From Hyalangium minutum (GTDB lineage: Bacteria; Myxococcota; Myxococcia; Myxococcales; Myxococcaceae), in the NCBI RefSeq assembly GCF_000737315.1, contig NZ_JMCB01000012.1, positions 62,001-126,000 on the forward strand: 64,000 bases of DNA. Direction: 5' to 3'. Below are positions 61,017 through 64,000 of this stretch, in pieces. Under the pieces are notes generated by a model. The model ran no database searches. It saw nothing but the letters and a program-made list of their open reading frames with translations, and had not been told where the DNA came from. The translations under genes were made by a program, and so were the position numbers. Numbering within the stretch: position 1 is the first letter of the stretch; every line of letters starts with the position of its first letter.

Positions 61017-63347
61017 ATGAAGAGAACTTCCTCTTACCTGCTGCTGGCGGTGGGACTGGCGCTGTTCGCCGGTTGCTCCGACCCGTCTTCTTCCAACACC
61101 GGCTCTGCGCAGCTGGCGGCCTCCGTGCCGCAGGCCCTCTCCGCCAGCGACGTCACCCGCGTGAAGGTGACCGTCTCCGCCGCGGGCATGACCTCCCTCG
61201 TGGTGGACCTGGCCAAGAGCAACGGCACCTGGGGCGGCGTCATCGGCAGCATCCCCGCCGGCGCCAACCGCACCTTCCTCGCCGAGGCCTTCGACTCCAC
61301 TAACGCCAAGCGCTTCCAGGGGCAGGTCTCCAGCATCACCATCACCGCCAACCAGACCACCGCCGTGGCCCTCACACTCCAGGAGCTGGTGCCTCCGCCG
61401 CCGTATGGCAATGACGCGCCCCTCATCAACTCCGTGGTGGCAAACGTCACCACCGTGCAGACGGGCGGCGCCATCTCTCTGACCGCGACGGCGCAGGATC
61501 CCAACGCGGGGGACACCCTCACCTATCTGTGGACGGCCACTGGAGGCACCTTCTCCACCCCGGCCGCCGCGAACACCTCCTGGACGGCTCCGGCTTCGGC
61601 CAGCATCCAGACGCTCACCCTGACCGTGACGGACTCCCAGGGCGCGGCCGCGTCGATCTCCCTCGCCGTCAACGTCATCGCGGGTACCTCCGCTGGCACG
61701 GCGAACCTCTCCATCACCTTCAATCTCTTCCCCGTGGTCTCCAAGGTCACCGCGTCGCGCACCCGCGTGGACGTGGGCCAGCCCATCGCCCTCACCGCCA
61801 CCGCCTCGGATGCGGACGCGGATGCGATGACCTACCAGTGGGGCGCCGTGGGCTGCACCGGCACGTGGAGCAATGCGACCTCCAGCGCCGCCACGTTCGT
61901 GCCCTCGGCCATTCCGTCCAGCGCGTGCCACAACTGCCAGCTCACCGTCACGGTGCAGGACGGGCGAGGAGGCCAGGGCTCCGGGACAATCAACCTCTGC
62001 GTGGCCGCCGCCACCACCGAGCGCTTCCCGCCGCTCTTCACCAACTCCTACCAGTCAGCCACCACCACCGCGCCGGCGCAGACGGTGAGCTTCAACGTCA
62101 CCGCGCTGGATCCGCAGTCCAGCGCCATGACGTTCTCCTGGGTCTCGAGCATCGGTACGCTGGGCACGGCGCAGAACACCGCCAGCACCAGCCAAGTGGT
62201 GTGGACGGCGCCCTCTTGCGCGGTAACGGGCGTTCCCGTCTCCATCACGGCGTTCGCGACCAACGCGTATGGCGTCTTCGCCTCGAAGACCTTCTCTGTC
62301 ACGGGCCTGCCCGCGTGCGCGTCCGGATGGAGTACCGGGGCCTCGATGCTCACGAGCCGCTCGAACCACAGCGCCACGCTGCTGAGCTCCGGCAAGGTCC
62401 TGGTTGTAGGGGGCTACAATAACAACTACCTCGCCTCGGCGGAGCTGTATGACCCGGCCACCAACACCTGGTCCGCCGCGGGCGTGCTGACCTCGCGCCG
62501 CCGGTACCACACTGCGACCCTGCTGCCCTCGGGCAAGGTCCTCATCGCCGGCGGCACCGATGGCGGAGTCCTCGCCTCAGCGGAGCTGTATGACCCGGTC
62601 ACCAACTCCTGGTCCGCCGCGGCCCCCATGGGCACCACGCGCCAGAACGCCACGGCGACACTGCTCGCCTCGGGCAAGGTGCTCGTCGCGGGCGGCATCA
62701 ATAGCGGCTTCCTCAACTCGGTGGAGCTGTATGACCCAGCCACCAACTCCTGGTCCAACGCGGCGCCCATGAGCACGATGCGCACCGGCCACACCGCCAC
62801 CTTCCTCCCGGCCTCCGGCAAAGTGCTCGTCACGGGCGGCAACACCTACAGCGGAGTCACCAACTCGGTGGAGCTGTACAACCCCACCACGAACTCCTGG
62901 ACCACGGTGGCCCCGCTGAACACAGCCCGCAACGTCCACGCTGCGGCCGCGCTCGCTTCCGGCAAGGTGATCGTCACAGGGGGTTATAACGGCGCCTCCT
63001 ACTTCAACAACGCCGAGGTCTACGACCCGTCCACCAACACCTGGACCTCCGGGAGCACCTTCGGTGCGAGGCGCCAGGACCACACCGCCACCGCACTCGC
63101 TTCCGGCAAGGTCCTCCTCACGGGCGGGTACTACAGCTACTACAACGACGACGAAGACAACGGCACCGTCTTCCACGACGCCACGAGCCTCTACGACCCG
63201 GGCTCCAACACCTGGTCCTCCGGAGGAACGCTGCCGGGGGCTCGCGCGTACCACACGGCCACCCTGCTCCCCTCGGGCCGCGTCTTCGTCACCGGGGGCT
63301 ACAGCAACAGCGGCTTCCTGGGGACCTCGGCGCTCTACACGCCCTGA
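61017..63347 (+). CDS. Kelch array gene 9: stalk (type B) plus 7 Kelch repeats
   Basis: MKRTSSYLLLAVGLALFAGC; start trimmed from the ORF track. Confidence 0.93.
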   Translation: MKRTSSYLLLAVGLALFAGCSDPSSSNTGSAQLAASVPQALSASDVTRVKVTVSAAGMTSLVVDLAKSNGTWGGVIGSIPAGANRTFLAEAFDSTNAKRFQGQVSSITITANQTTAVALTLQELVPPPPYGNDAPLINSVVANVTTVQTGGAISLTATAQDPNAGDTLTYLWTATGGTFSTPAAANTSWTAPASASIQTLTLTVTDSQGAAASISLAVNVIAGTSAGTANLSITFNLFPVVSKVTASRTRVDVGQPIALTATASDADADAMTYQWGAVGCTGTWSNATSSAATFVPSAIPSSACHNCQLTVTVQDGRGGQGSGTINLCVAAATTERFPPLFTNSYQSATTTAPAQTVSFNVTALDPQSSAMTFSWVSSIGTLGTAQNTASTSQVVWTAPSCAVTGVPVSITAFATNAYGVFASKTFSVTGLPACASGWSTGASMLTSRSNHSATLLSSGKVLVVGGYNNNYLASAELYDPATNTWSAAGVLTSRRRYHTATLLPSGKVLIAGGTDGGVLASAELYDPVTNSWSAAAPMGTTRQNATATLLASGKVLVAGGINSGFLNSVELYDPATNSWSNAAPMSTMRTGHTATFLPASGKVLVTGGNTYSGVTNSVELYNPTTNSWTTVAPLNTARNVHAAAALASGKVIVTGGYNGASYFNNAEVYDPSTNTWTSGSTFGARRQDHTATALASGKVLLTGGYYSYYNDDEDNGTVFHDATSLYDPGSNTWSSGGTLPGARAYHTATLLPSGRVFVTGGYSNSGFLGTSALYTP

Positions 63348-63382
63348 GCACCCGGCCCCCCATCGCTCCCAGGAAATCCATT

Positions 63383-64000
63383 ATGAGAACTCCCTTCTCT
63401 CGCGGGCTGCTGGCGCTCGGGCTGGTGCTGGCTGCCAGCTGTGCTGCCCCTTCCTCTTCCAACACCGGCTCGGTCCAGTTCGCGGTCTCGGTGCCCCAAG
63501 CCCTCTCCACCAGCGACATCACCCGCGTCAAGGTGACGGTCTCTGCTGAGGACATGGCCTCCCTCGCCATCGAGCTGGCCAAGACCCATGGCGTCTGGGG
63601 TGGCATCATCGGCAACATCCCCACAGGCTCCCAGCGCGTTTTCCTCGCGGAGGCCTTCGACGCCGCTGGCGTCAAGCGCTTCCAGGGACAGACCTCCGGC
63701 GTCACCCTCAACGCCAACCAGATCACTGCCGTCGTCCTGACCCTTCAGGAGCTGTCACCCCCTCCACCCTACTCCAACGAGGCACCCGTCATTGACTCCC
63801 TCGTGGCCTCCTCCACGTCTGTCCAGACGGGAGGCTCCCTCTCCCTGACAGCCACCATTCATGATCCCAACGCAGGAGACACCCTCACCTCCGCGTGGGC
63901 GGCCTCTGGTGGATCCTTCTCTGCTCCCACGACGACCTCCTCCTCCTGGACGGCTCCGGCGTCTCCAGGGGTGCACATGGTCACCTTCACTGTGACGGAC
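63383..64000 (+). CDS. Kelch array gene 10, 5' part (runs off the window end; not in ORF track)
   Basis: MRTPFSRGLLALGLVLAASCAAPSSSNTGSVQFAVSVPQALSTSDITRVKVTV...SNEAPVIDSLVASS; its head is not visible in the window. Confidence 0.9.
   Translation, partial: MRTPFSRGLLALGLVLAASCAAPSSSNTGSVQFAVSVPQALSTSDITRVKVTVSAEDMASLAIELAKTHGVWGGIIGNIPTGSQRVFLAEAFDAAGVKRFQGQTSGVTLNANQITAVVLTLQELSPPPPYSNEAPVIDSLVASSTSVQTGGSLSLTATIHDPNAGDTLTSAWAASGGSFSAPTTTSSSWTAPASPGVHMVTFTVTD

Noticed and set aside
40102-63347. Galactose/glyoxal oxidase (AA5) annotation for the Kelch proteins
   Set aside because: No conserved Cys-Tyr cofactor or Cu-ligand pattern seen, and no C-terminal Ig domain supplying the His ligand; the proteins end right after the last blade.
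40102-64000. Diversity-generating retroelement as the source of head variation
   Set aside because: No reverse transcriptase and no TR/VR pair differing only at adenines was seen in this window; one elsewhere in the genome cannot be excluded.

Overview
High-GC (~70%) myxobacterial chromosome segment (Cystobacterineae-like), identified by the syntenic pdxH(fprA)-csgA-hemG developmental locus. The first ~35 kb are mostly housekeeping and signalling genes: glgA, two Ser/Thr kinases, a PTPS-III/SDR/solute-binding trio, a small-ORF/phosphoglycosyl-transferase/LytS/LytTR operon, rlmN, a class III cyclase with a metallophosphoesterase, gluQ, two histidine kinases, a KstD-like flavoprotein and miaE. 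From ~35.9 kb to the window end there is an all-plus-strand run of beta-propeller lipoprotein genes: one TSDGG-repeat protein, one RCC1 protein and at least 10 tandem paralogs that share an Ig-like stalk and (where complete) a variable Kelch head. The paralogs include a headless deletion derivative, an 8-blade variant and a ~1970-aa fusion with four LamG domains. Best leads: (1) this modular surface-receptor-like array, with visible traces of deletion, duplication and stop-codon loss; (2) a CGACCGCTY-N12-CGACCGCTC direct-repeat operator found both upstream of the LytTR operon and upstream of a ferritin-like gene 12 kb away. No rRNA, tRNA, CRISPR array, integrase or transposase was recognised. 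All calls come from motif reading, not database searches.
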